DNA of 64,000 bases from a phage. Below, one piece after another: positions 15,740 through 24,858 of this stretch (positions are counted from its first letter, which is position 1; each line of letters starts with the position of its first letter). The stretch lies in the sequence record NC_100327.1; one strand, written 5' to 3'. The translations under genes were made by a program, and so were the position numbers. A model generated the notes under the pieces. The model saw nothing but the letters and a program-made list of their open reading frames with translations. It was not told the DNA's origin and ran no database searches.

Positions 15740-16966
15740 TTAAAAAGGGATGTCATCATCAAAGGAGTACTGTGCTGGATTCTGATCCATTGGGTCATCT
15801 TCCTCATCATTTACAGGAGGAGCGTCTACAGTGTTTTGCTGTGGAGCTGCTTCCTGTTTGGTAGCCTGAGGTTCTTGATGGTCAGTTGACCCAGCACCGT
15901 TCTTGATCCAATCGTACAACGGCTCAGCCAGATTAGTCAAGACATCTTTTGCTTCTGCAGTAATTGCCGCTGCAAAATCATCAACTTTCGTTTTCTTGTC
16001 AATACGGCGACAAGCGTTCAACACCGCATTACCGACACTGGCACCTACTTCATCTTCAGTTCGGTTGGTGGCCTGAGCATACTCTTTCTTAAGCTCAATG
16101 GTGACTACGTGCAGTGTTTTAGCCACGCCCAGTGGGTCGTCTACCTTAAACCCGCGATCCAGGATGATCTGCAACGCATTGATGCTATGCCCCGTTTCCA
16201 CACCGATAGGGTCGTAAGAGGATTTACGCTTGCCACCGGAGCCTTGAGTGCCGTTCTCTGCCTTAGGGGGGTAGGCTTTGAAACCACTGATAATGTTTCC
16301 GGTGTCTTTGTCAACAATGGCTGCAACACGACCACCTACCACCAGATCTTTAAGCTGCTCATCGGTGACAACCATAGCACCTTCGCCAATCTTGTGGTCA
16401 TTGACAGTAACCACGTTGCCAACAATCTGAGTCACATCGCCATAGATGCGTAAAACGTCCTGATTGGCATTCTGCTGAGGTTTCTGCTTCTGGCCTTGTG
16501 ATTGTGCACCTTGTTGCTGTTTTTGCTGCTGAGTCGCTGCTGGAGCCTCTCCTGCACCCAGCTTGACCATCTTAGCCAGTGAGCCTTTGTAATAGGTCTT
16601 ACCGTTATGCTCGTTTGCCTTCAAAGGGATATTTACGATCCATCCCGGCGTTACGGTTTCCCACTTGTCATCAATTTTAACAGAGACAGAGTCTTGATGA
16701 CCAGGTTTAAGCAGCTTATCACCCATGCTGATCCAAACTTCTTCACCACCTTGAAGCAGGTTATCAGAGGAATCCAGTTCAGAAATCAGTAAAGAGATGG
16801 TGTGGCTGGATTCAATTTTCTTACCTTGCCACACAGTGGTTTTAATACCTGTTGTAGGATCAGCACCTTTGATAGGCTTGATGCTGACACGTTTAATCAT
16901 GCCGTGAGCCAGTAAAACAGTTTCACGCGGATTCATCGGGTTAGCGAATTGTTGAATAACGCTCAT
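15740..16966 (-). CDS. putative ssDNA-binding/recombination protein with SSB-type acidic C-terminal tail
   Basis: Ends in DDDIPF, matching the E. coli SSB C-terminal tip; Gln-rich linker; sits next to the replication module. Confidence 0.5.
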   Translation of the reverse strand: MSVIQQFANPMNPRETVLLAHGMIKRVSIKPIKGADPTTGIKTTVWQGKKIESSHTISLLISELDSSDNLLQGGEEVWISMGDKLLKPGHQDSVSVKIDDKWETVTPGWIVNIPLKANEHNGKTYYKGSLAKMVKLGAGEAPAATQQQKQQQGAQSQGQKQKPQQNANQDVLRIYGDVTQIVGNVVTVNDHKIGEGAMVVTDEQLKDLVVGGRVAAIVDKDTGNIISGFKAYPPKAENGTQGSGGKRKSSYDPIGVETGHSINALQIILDRGFKVDDPLGVAKTLHVVTIELKKEYAQATNRTEDEVGASVGNAVLNACRRIDKKTKVDDFAAAITAEAKDVLTNLAEPLYDWIKNGAGSTDHQEPQATKQEAAPQQNTVDAPPVNDEEDDPMDQNPAQYSFDDDIPF

Positions 16967-17331
16967 TATTTGTCTCCTTGTTCTTCGTTAGTGTTTGCCG
17001 TGTGTGCAAACCCTGCTTGAATTAATTTGTCCTGAACTTGAGCCAACAGCCCCATTGCAAAACTTGTGGTCCCAGAGAGGGCCATCAGCATATCTCGTTG
17101 TTGAGCTACCCAACCTAAGGCATAGTCCAAACGACGATATTTTTCTTCTTCACGCAGAGCTTGAAATAATTGTTCAGCCTCTGGTTGTTGTGTTAGCTCC
17201 TGAAGTCTTCCCATGAAAGAAGAAAGCACTAGCAAAAGAGACACTTGATCTTTACTTAACCCTAAGAAAAATTCTTGAGGTTGTTCTTGCTCGTTCATCG
17301 CAACCGACTCTTGATCGTTCATTTGTTCCAT
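16966..17331 (-). CDS. hypothetical acidic protein (121 aa)
   Basis: ORF-track ORF; start overlaps the upstream stop. Confidence 0.45.
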   Translation of the reverse strand: MEQMNDQESVAMNEQEQPQEFFLGLSKDQVSLLLVLSSFMGRLQELTQQPEAEQLFQALREEEKYRRLDYALGWVAQQRDMLMALSGTTSFAMGLLAQVQDKLIQAGFAHTANTNEEQGDK

Positions 17332-17414
17332 TATGGAATCTCCGATTTTATTTGAACAACATAGAAGGAGACACTATTTTAGCATCCCCTTCTGTAAATT
17401 ACAATAGGTATTTG

Positions 17415-17660
17415 TTAGCCAATCACTTCGAAAGTTCCCCAATTCCCGTCCAGCAGGCAGGTGATCGGATCCCCATCGTCGTCAAAGATTTCAAAGTTTT
17501 CAGCATCCAGGATGTGGCCCTCGAACACAATACTTTCGTCGCCACCACCAGAGATAACAGCGTATTCCTTACCTTGAGTCAAGTTTTGACACCCTTTGCC
17601 ACCAAAACCTACTTCAACACAACGTACTTTCTGTCCTGCGCGAGCAACTACTTCAGTCAT
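17415..17660 (-). CDS. hypothetical protein (81 aa)
   Basis: ORF-track ORF. Confidence 0.45.
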   Translation of the reverse strand: MTEVVARAGQKVRCVEVGFGGKGCQNLTQGKEYAVISGGGDESIVFEGHILDAENFEIFDDDGDPITCLLDGNWGTFEVIG

Positions 17661-17677
17661 CTTAAGGTCTCCTGATA

Positions 17678-17998
17678 TTAATCGTCAAGTTCAAAATAGA
17701 TTTTAACAGCTTCATCGAAGATTGGAATCCCGATGTTGTTGATAAGCTGCCAAACTACCATATCTTTACCTGGATCTGGGAGAATGTCAACCTTTCTCCA
17801 TGCGCTGTATACCCAGTTCGGACCGCCTTCTGCACTAACTGGCAGATTTTCACCAGCCTCCTGTAGATACTTATACAGCAAAAGATATTCTGGATACTCC
17901 AGAACACTGTCCTCTGTAGTATATAGCAGTTCACGGTATACTTTTAAGAACCCTGCTGGGGTGATGTTTTCAGTCTTCATTTGCTGCTTCTCCTGCAT
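17678..17998 (-). CDS. hypothetical protein (106 aa)
   Basis: ORF-track ORF. Confidence 0.45.
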   Translation of the reverse strand: MQEKQQMKTENITPAGFLKVYRELLYTTEDSVLEYPEYLLLYKYLQEAGENLPVSAEGGPNWVYSAWRKVDILPDPGKDMVVWQLINNIGIPIFDEAVKIYFELDD

Positions 17999-18359
17999 TC
18001 ATCAGATCTGCCATAGCGTCACCCACGAAGAGAACAACCACATCGTTTACCGCGTCAGCATCATCTTTGTTGACGTTGCTGAATTTAGGACACACAGCAA
18101 TAATCATATAGACACCGTTACCCACCTGAACTGTCCGTGTGGTGCACATCATGGCGGTATTTGTGCCTTCTTTGAAGGCGAAGCCTTGAAGACGCTCCTC
18201 TAGAGTGTTACCGGTAGACTTCAGAAGCGCCAGCTCGTCCAAGGCATAGATGATATCTCCGGAAGTTAGTGTTGCCTTGCCATCAGACACCATAATCACT
18301 CCATCAGCACCGTCAAGCTTAGAGGCTTCAAAGATATCAATATCCCAAATATTTTTCAT
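17970..18359 (-). CDS. hypothetical protein (129 aa)
   Basis: ORF-track ORF. Confidence 0.45.
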   Translation of the reverse strand: MKNIWDIDIFEASKLDGADGVIMVSDGKATLTSGDIIYALDELALLKSTGNTLEERLQGFAFKEGTNTAMMCTTRTVQVGNGVYMIIAVCPKFSNVNKDDADAVNDVVVLFVGDAMADLMNAGEAANED

Positions 18360-18691
18360 TACGCTTCCTCGTCATCTAAGTAATCATCAAGAGAGGTGAA
18401 GATTTCACCGAAGTATTCTAAGATTTCTAGCTCCCGTGTGGTGCAGCAAACATAATCGCCTTGGTCGTCCTTAATAGTGGCCTCTTTACCAAGAATATCT
18501 ACTTCAAGTTCATCGTTCAGCAGGACGGCCCCTGTGTAAACTTTGTCAGCTGTGCAGTCCCGAAAAGCAGAGTCCTTCTCCAGATAGTCTGGCTTAACCT
18601 TGGCTTTAATTCGTTGGTATTGTTTGGTCATTGTTGTGGTCCCCTTTCGTTTTGATAGGACCATTGTATTAGGTCCTATCGCTGTTGTCAA
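18359..18691 (-). CDS. hypothetical protein, paralog of 18695-18949
   Basis: Shares DSAFRDCT...GD.V.CT..E pattern with the neighbouring gene. Confidence 0.5.
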   Translation of the reverse strand: MTTAIGPNTMVLSKRKGTTTMTKQYQRIKAKVKPDYLEKDSAFRDCTADKVYTGAVLLNDELEVDILGKEATIKDDQGDYVCCTTRELEILEYFGEIFTSLDDYLDDEEA

Positions 18692-18694
18692 GTA

Positions 18695-18949
18695 TTAATG
18701 TTCAGGTTTTACAAAAACGACTTCATTAACAGTGCACCAGACAGAGTCTCCTTCATCATCTTTAAAGGTAAGGCACTGTGCTGAGTTTTCCAGCTCATCG
18801 ATCTCTTCTTGTGATAAAGGGGCCCCTTCTTCCAGAAGGGCTTTTACCAGAGGGTTCTCACAAAACTCTGCTTCATAAATTGCACCGACTGTGCAATCTT
18901 TAAAAGCTCGGTCATTTGCAACGCATTCTGGCTTCAAAGTAATTTTCAT
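18695..18949 (-). CDS. hypothetical protein, paralog of 18359-18691
   Basis: DRAFKDCT ... EGDSVWCTVNE aligns with the neighbour. Confidence 0.5.
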   Translation of the reverse strand: MKITLKPECVANDRAFKDCTVGAIYEAEFCENPLVKALLEEGAPLSQEEIDELENSAQCLTFKDDEGDSVWCTVNEVVFVKPEH

Positions 18950-19025
18950 CTTGGCAGTCTCCTTAGTTATTTAAAAATCAACGCTCTGTTTGTGTGAAGC
19001 ATCTTATATCTAATCTTACTTCTTG

Positions 19026-19424
19026 TCAATGGCTATTTTCAATCAGCCACACAGGGTCGAGGTAAATTTGTTGGCGTGTTGCCCAATGACAAACTTCATT
19101 GTACATCTGAATCTCTTTGTCTGTCAATTCACGAATAGGCTCATCTATACCCTCATTTTTGTGGTAATCCCAGTCGGCATCGATTTCCCACAGCCATGAC
19201 TTGTTGTCACCACGCTTACGCACACAAAAGTCACCTGGACGGCCTGCCAATGCATTTAAGAACTCGTTCTCCGCTCGCTCTTGGAGAATACTAAGGAGCA
19301 AAACGTTAGAACATGACCGTAGAATATGCTTCAGCTCACAATCATCAATCTCAACTTCAATACGTTGTTTGACTGTGTGGGTACCTTTTACTAACATCCT
19401 ACCTCCTCTAAACGAACTCTGCAA
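19026..19424 (-). CDS. hypothetical protein (132 aa; start uncertain)
   Basis: ORF-track ORF. Confidence 0.45.
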   Translation of the reverse strand: MQSSFRGGRMLVKGTHTVKQRIEVEIDDCELKHILRSCSNVLLLSILQERAENEFLNALAGRPGDFCVRKRGDNKSWLWEIDADWDYHKNEGIDEPIRELTDKEIQMYNEVCHWATRQQIYLDPVWLIENSH

Positions 19425-19602
19425 GAGTTGTGTTGTTCACTGCACCGCAGTAAATGGAGTATCCCAGCCCATTAGAGTGCAGAAACCACGGCGTTCCGAA
19501 ATTATCTTTCACGTAGACATCGCCGTTGCTTGTAAAGGGCCAATATTCTTCGCCAAGGGTAAAATACCTACTCATACCTTCAGCAAGATACTTTACTTTC
19601 AT
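19408..19602 (-). CDS. small protein, member of a three-gene tandem paralog family
   Basis: Shares F..G..Y.V....D..G..WF pattern with 19599-19826 and 19823-20197. Confidence 0.45.
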   Translation of the reverse strand: MKVKYLAEGMSRYFTLGEEYWPFTSNGDVYVKDNFGTPWFLHSNGLGYSIYCGAVNNTTLAEFV

Positions 19603-19826
19603 AGGTCCTCTTCTACAGCTACAAACTTGGCAAGCAGGGTGGTTCCGTAGATATGATACTCACCGTTTGCCAGATGGGAGATAAACCAGGCAATCCCTTC
19701 CTCGTCTTTAATCATCTTGTTTGCACGATTTTTATCGTAATAAACCTCGTAGGTCTTTCCTTCTTTAAAGAATGACAGGTCTGTCATCTTTTCTTCTACA
19801 AAGGTAGCTTTAACCAAAGTCGTCAT
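19599..19826 (-). CDS. small protein, tandem paralog family member
   Basis: FFKEGKTYEVYYD...IKDEEGIAWF pattern; start/stop overlap with neighbours. Confidence 0.45.
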   Translation of the reverse strand: MTTLVKATFVEEKMTDLSFFKEGKTYEVYYDKNRANKMIKDEEGIAWFISHLANGEYHIYGTTLLAKFVAVEEDL

Positions 19827-20197
19827 TGATCGGTCTCCTTCTTGTTAAGTCTGAATACTGCAATAATAGCATTCCCAAGGTGCAGTGTCAAGTCATTTCC
19901 AAGATACCACAGCATCCCACGGTCATCTTTAATGAAAGGGTAACAATCTGGTGCCTTCCAGACATTGTACACTTTCCCAACCTGAAAGAAATCAGGCCCT
20001 GTTGGGATTTTGGTGCCAGGCCACACTTGAGATACCTGAACACACTCCACCTGCATAATAACAGGAATGGTCATGGATGTAAATGTTTTTGTTGGCTCTA
20101 CTACCATAAAAGTCTCCTCTTTGCTCAACAACACTTCCATGTGTTGATAGTTTACATTAGTGACAATCACCCCAATTACGACCACACAAGTATTCAC
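19823..20197 (-). CDS. small protein, tandem paralog family member (start probably downstream of the track start)
   Basis: FFQVGKVYNVWK...IKDDRGMLWY pattern; the track start overlaps the polymerase 3' end. Confidence 0.45.
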   Translation of the reverse strand: MNTCVVVIGVIVTNVNYQHMEVLLSKEETFMVVEPTKTFTSMTIPVIMQVECVQVSQVWPGTKIPTGPDFFQVGKVYNVWKAPDCYPFIKDDRGMLWYLGNDLTLHLGNAIIAVFRLNKKETDQ

Positions 20198-22934
20198 CTG
20201 TGATCTGGAACGGGACTCCCATCATTTTAGAAGCTTGCCAGAAGCAATGTACCACCATTTCGCCCACAGGACTCCAGATAAGTTCAAGCTTTCCGTCATC
20301 GTTCAAGATAGGATCGTACACCGTGTTTCCGTCTCTGTCAACCACTTCGTTTCCGTTTTCATCCTTGCGTGCCTTTTTGTACTTATGACCGTCGAACACA
20401 TGAAGTTTGGCCTCCTGCTCTGCCTTAAATGCTTCCAATTCTTCAATTGTGTCGAAGGTGTACACAGTCTTATACTTCGGTGTGTCAGGTACTTGAAGCT
20501 GATATTCGTCATGGTAATAGATAATACGACGAACACCTTCATCGTACCACCCACGCTTCACCATTTGGTGGTGCATAAGTATCCCAACCAAGTCACACAG
20601 CGATGCACCACCATTCTGTTGGTATGCATTAAGTAAAGAGTGTTTAGATCGGGTCCAGATGGCATGACCATCAAAAGAGTAGATAAACTTCTTACCCGTT
20701 GCTTCCCAGAATTTCTCCAGATCCTCTTTGCGCCCCTTAAGACCGGGGTTGGCATCCCAAAGTGCATCGATCACCCTTTGCCCCAACTCTGGGGAGATAT
20801 CCAGCATATCTGCAACTTTATCTTTTTGTGCCCCGTACATAACCCCATACGTGATAGGTTTACCGTCGTTACGAGACACCTCTCTGCCTGCTACTTTTGT
20901 ATATGCCTCAGCATTGTTTTGGTGTGCGTCCCCGTTACTTACAACATCATAGTACAAGCCGTTGTCGAACTCAAAGGCACCCCAAGCCCCGATAAGCTGC
21001 TCTAAGTTGGACCCGTCAATACCGATCTCAAAGTATCCAGGAGGAACACCCCACAAGCTACGCATCTCTTTACCCATAACCACTTTAGGAGATGGTTTAG
21101 GCATGTTTGCACAAATACTGTGTTTCTGTCGGGAAGTGTTTGTTAATCCAGAGCTTTTAGCAGGAAGCTTATGGTCAATCTTCAAACGTGGGTGATTAAG
21201 AAGACCAGTATCAACCTTATCCTCCTTGATTGGATCAAGGACCGATCTGCGGTTTCGCAATGATAACCACAAGACGATATCTTTAGCCATCTCTCCGTTC
21301 AATTTTTCAAGATTCGGACATAGGTGTCCAAACGTATCTTTCAGTTGCGGAGAAGTAATAAGTGCCCTGGCTTTTCTGCGTATTTTCCCGAACACTTCCT
21401 TTTTAATCCTTTCGGAGTTAGGAAAGCTTCGGAACTTGTGCACTGTTGTCTGAAACTTAGCATCAGTTTTGTTCCAGAAGTTGATAATTAGGTCACAATA
21501 CTCTGACTCTAAAAGCTCGTCCATGTATGCATATACTCGTGCATCAACATCTGCATCAGGTAGAGCTTTCTTCTTGCTGTCCTTAGTTACATCCTTAGTT
21601 CTCCACATTGTCGGAAGCCAACCAGCACTGATCAGGTATCGCTTAATGTCGTCCTGATTGCTGATTTTCATAGGTATCTTGCAATCAGGCATTCGCTTCT
21701 GCTGCAGATCACTTATTGCCTGATCCATCAGCTCTTTAGGTAAAGGTTGTGGTGTGGAGGTGCCCTTAATATAACCTCTCAAGAAATCAGCCATCTTGTC
21801 GGGGTCTTTGCAGCCCATCTCTTCGCACCATTTTATCCCCATCTTGCTGACATCTCCTGTGGAGGTAAATGCTCGCTTAGGCGGGGCTTTGAATTCTAAA
21901 GCGCTCATGTCTACAGGATAGCCAAGCTTATCTTTTAACCATTTCCAACCATTATTGGAGATTGTCCCATCTTGGTTAAACGGCTTTTCAGGGAACTTGG
22001 GCCGCTGAGACATTGACAACTCTTTTAAAGGAAGTTGTGGTTCAACACGATCAGCGATCTCTTTCATCCACGCATCGCAGCGGTCACGTAAAGCAATAGC
22101 CCCATCTATGTCGAAATACACACCCTGTCGAGCCTGCAGCTCCATCAGGAAATGCTGCAGCATGCCTCGGCGTAATGCATTCTTCCAGGTAATCTTCTTG
22201 AATCCTTTAGGCTTCTCTTTGGCAGGGTCATACATAAAGTTCTGCATGTCAGATTTGCCGTAGAATACACCTTTTGATTCCGCTACCAACTCTTTCCAGA
22301 GCAACTCCTGGATGATAACGTCCTCGAACACACGATCCACATATTTCCACAGCGGAAGATCGCGCCAGTCATCAATTTGAACTTTCTGGTTACCAAGGGC
22401 GTAGCCCCATGCCATAAGGCCGTGAGGACCAACAGGTTGCATTTTCTTAGTAACCGGGTTGAATACAGCGTCCGGACAACCTTTTGGTAAAGGGCGATCA
22501 GGCCACAAGATTCGGCTCATAGCCAACGTATCAAACAGGTTAACCTGGTGGTCGTTGATAGTCCCCATGCATTTAGGATCACGGAACATATCAAAATGAA
22601 TACCGGATAATCTTTCCATTAGCATAAAGTCATAACTGTAGCAGTTATGGCAGTTCAAAGCTGTTGGTGACCAGTCAGAATTGCCTGTAAGCCAACCTTC
22701 CAACTCCGAAAAATCTGCTATGCGAACTTCAAAATCTTTATAAAGAGTTTTCTTTGCCAGAATGAAGTTCTTAGCCTTTTCTATATCCTCCTCGGAGTAG
22801 TGTGTGCGGTCATTTAGAGGAAGGAACAGCATAAAACGGTTCTTATTCAGCTCTTTAAACAGACCGCAGTGATAATAAAGATCTGGGTCTTCCAAAAGCC
22901 CTGAGGCCTCCAGATCGAAGCACCAATTACTCAT
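20157..22934 (-). CDS. DNA polymerase, family A (T7-like), with N-terminal 3'-5' exonuclease
   Basis: Exo I motif FDLEASG at residues 6-12; motif A GIDGSNLEQL; motif B RNDGKPITYGVMYGA; motif C YYHDEYQLQV. Confidence 0.85.
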   Translation of the reverse strand: MSNWCFDLEASGLLEDPDLYYHCGLFKELNKNRFMLFLPLNDRTHYSEEDIEKAKNFILAKKTLYKDFEVRIADFSELEGWLTGNSDWSPTALNCHNCYSYDFMLMERLSGIHFDMFRDPKCMGTINDHQVNLFDTLAMSRILWPDRPLPKGCPDAVFNPVTKKMQPVGPHGLMAWGYALGNQKVQIDDWRDLPLWKYVDRVFEDVIIQELLWKELVAESKGVFYGKSDMQNFMYDPAKEKPKGFKKITWKNALRRGMLQHFLMELQARQGVYFDIDGAIALRDRCDAWMKEIADRVEPQLPLKELSMSQRPKFPEKPFNQDGTISNNGWKWLKDKLGYPVDMSALEFKAPPKRAFTSTGDVSKMGIKWCEEMGCKDPDKMADFLRGYIKGTSTPQPLPKELMDQAISDLQQKRMPDCKIPMKISNQDDIKRYLISAGWLPTMWRTKDVTKDSKKKALPDADVDARVYAYMDELLESEYCDLIINFWNKTDAKFQTTVHKFRSFPNSERIKKEVFGKIRRKARALITSPQLKDTFGHLCPNLEKLNGEMAKDIVLWLSLRNRRSVLDPIKEDKVDTGLLNHPRLKIDHKLPAKSSGLTNTSRQKHSICANMPKPSPKVVMGKEMRSLWGVPPGYFEIGIDGSNLEQLIGAWGAFEFDNGLYYDVVSNGDAHQNNAEAYTKVAGREVSRNDGKPITYGVMYGAQKDKVADMLDISPELGQRVIDALWDANPGLKGRKEDLEKFWEATGKKFIYSFDGHAIWTRSKHSLLNAYQQNGGASLCDLVGILMHHQMVKRGWYDEGVRRIIYYHDEYQLQVPDTPKYKTVYTFDTIEELEAFKAEQEAKLHVFDGHKYKKARKDENGNEVVDRDGNTVYDPILNDDGKLELIWSPVGEMVVHCFWQASKMMGVPFQITGEYLCGRNWGDCH

Positions 22935-23203
22935 ACTGTCTCCTCCTGTGTCTTCTCAGCATTCTTTCTTGCAGCTATTGCATCGTCCCTGTTCTTGAAG
23001 TATCCAAGGCATTTCCTTTTACCATCTACATAAATTCTGGCTACCCATCTTTCATGGGTTTTATCCCAATTCACCCCTGAGCAACCGCTGGTGTTATTAT
23101 ACTGCACGGCTCTTCCACTCTTGTGCGAAAAACCATTATCTTCGAAGAACTTTCTTGCCCACTCTGCCTCTTCAAAAGTTCTGTACTGGCCTAGCCAGAC
23201 CTT
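22931..23203 (-). pseudogene. Out-of-frame C-terminal AP2-domain extension of the HNH endonuclease gene
   Basis: The -1 frame after the HNH stop translates as KVWLGQYRTFEEAEWARKFFEDNGF ... GVNWDKTHERWVARIYVDGKRKCLGYFKNRDDAIAARKNAE, two AP2-type segments; its TGA overlaps the polymerase ATG as ATGA. Confidence 0.55.
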
Positions 23204-23664
23204 TCACCTACAGAGTCTGTGCCTTGAGCTACCCATGCCTCTCTTTCTTCAGAATAGTGCACCCCGACCCTGCCAGATTTGTTGTTGCTACGAGGTATCT
23301 TGCAACTTTTCTTTTTGTTATCTGTAGGTTCGAGTAGTTGCAAATTTTGAATACTGTTGTCAGCCACACCACCTGTTTCCCTTATCTCCTTGATGTGGTC
23401 AACCTCATACCCTTCCGGTACAGGACCGTTAAACATTTCCCAGATTATAACGTGGGCACCTTTAGTGCAATGCTTTCCTAGACTAACCACAGGCCTGCCA
23501 TCAGCATCTTGCCCCTTGTCAGCTCTGGAGCCTGCTGAAGTTTTAACATATCCTACACCGCTGCCTGCCAGAATGTCTATCTTCCAAAAAAGATTTTGAC
23601 CGTCATACTCCAATATTTCTGACCACAAGTGATTAGCTACACAGTGATCTCTGAACTCGTTCAT
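23191..23664 (-). CDS. HNH homing endonuclease with AP2-type DNA-binding domain start
   Basis: HNH-like block EVDHIKEIRETGGVADNSIQNLQLL; C-terminal SGRVGVHYSEEREAWVAQ begins an AP2 domain that continues out of frame. Confidence 0.7.
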   Translation of the reverse strand: MNEFRDHCVANHLWSEILEYDGQNLFWKIDILAGSGVGYVKTSAGSRADKGQDADGRPVVSLGKHCTKGAHVIIWEMFNGPVPEGYEVDHIKEIRETGGVADNSIQNLQLLEPTDNKKKSCKIPRSNNKSGRVGVHYSEEREAWVAQGTDSVGERSG

Positions 23665-23722
23665 AAAGTGTTCTCCTTAAAGGGGAGGCGGTTGTACTAC
23701 CCCTCCCACTCTTGGTTAAACA

Positions 23723-24838
23723 TTAAAAAGGCGTTTCATCATCCTCAAAACCAGGGACCTGGTCAGAGGATGGATCATCGTACTGGAGGTCTTCCTGCGT
23801 GTCAACAGGCTTAACAGTAGGAGTTACAACCTTATCAGCCACAACCTTGCCCATAGGTGTTTCTACAACTGCATGCTCCTGATCCTCAAACATAGCCTGA
23901 GGTCTCCAAACAACCTCCCCACCTTCTCCGTCTGTAAACATTTGCATTTCTTTGTCCCAGTACCAATTACTGGCATCATGGAACTTACCTGTGTGCGGGT
24001 CCATAACCAAAGTGTCAGCAATACCTAGAGTTTTTGCTGGACGGTTTTTAAGACCTACCAGACGGACACGTCCACGAGAACGATCCACCATTTCTTCGGC
24101 CTCGACACCTATGACTACCCAACTCAACTGTTCAAGCCCAGCCGATCCTCGCAAATTCTCTTTTCGCACAGGATACCAGAAAGGTAATGGGTTACCATCC
24201 TTGTCCTTAGGGGGCACAATCTCTGTACGTTTGAGGTGAGCGATCACCAAGATAAACACGTTAAACTGCTTACAAAACGCAGCCAGTTGGGTCATAGCCA
24301 TGTCCAGTTCTTTTCGCTCATCCTTAACATTAAGCCCTGAAATTACCATGGACAGGTGATCCAGCACAATATAACGACAATGGTACAGGCAAACCATTTG
24401 CTTAAGCTTGGTAATCAACTCGTCCACTGGAATAGACCCGAAATGTTTGAACACTTTGATTTTTCCAGCTTTTGCCCATGATTGGTGAATCTCTGCGTGT
24501 TCTTGATCAGTTAAAAACTGGCTAGGATCTTCAACAAACTCTTTAACATCAAACCCTAACTGGTTTGCATACAAGGAGTTAATTGCTTCCTCTGGGCCCT
24601 CCTCAAGATGAATCATGCATAGACGATCATCCTCTTCGTAATCATCAGCCTTTGGACATGTCGGGTCCATTAGGTATCTTGCAATACAGTGTTCCAGTTT
24701 TTTAGCTACAGTTGTTTTACCGCCTCCTGATGGACCTGTAAGCATTACGAGTGTCCCTTTGTGCAAGCCTTTTAGCATTTTTTGCAGTTTTGGGAACTCT
24801 GCGCTGATATCTACCCCGTTGGAAGTCTTTTTCCGCAA
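23723..24838 (-). CDS. replicative DNA helicase (DnaB/T7 gp4 helicase-domain type) with acidic C-terminal tail
   Basis: Walker A LTGPSGGGKTT; YIVLDHLSMV block; ends DDETPF. Confidence 0.8.
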   Translation of the reverse strand: MRKKTSNGVDISAEFPKLQKMLKGLHKGTLVMLTGPSGGGKTTVAKKLEHCIARYLMDPTCPKADDYEEDDRLCMIHLEEGPEEAINSLYANQLGFDVKEFVEDPSQFLTDQEHAEIHQSWAKAGKIKVFKHFGSIPVDELITKLKQMVCLYHCRYIVLDHLSMVISGLNVKDERKELDMAMTQLAAFCKQFNVFILVIAHLKRTEIVPPKDKDGNPLPFWYPVRKENLRGSAGLEQLSWVVIGVEAEEMVDRSRGRVRLVGLKNRPAKTLGIADTLVMDPHTGKFHDASNWYWDKEMQMFTDGEGGEVVWRPQAMFEDQEHAVVETPMGKVVADKVVTPTVKPVDTQEDLQYDDPSSDQVPGFEDDETPF

Positions 24839-24858
24839 AGATTCGATAGAGAAGTCTT

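Noticed and set aside
20160-21657. Several plus-strand ORFs of 60-160 aa inside the DNA polymerase gene
   Set aside because: All are antisense to a gene with strong family A polymerase motifs and have no independent support.
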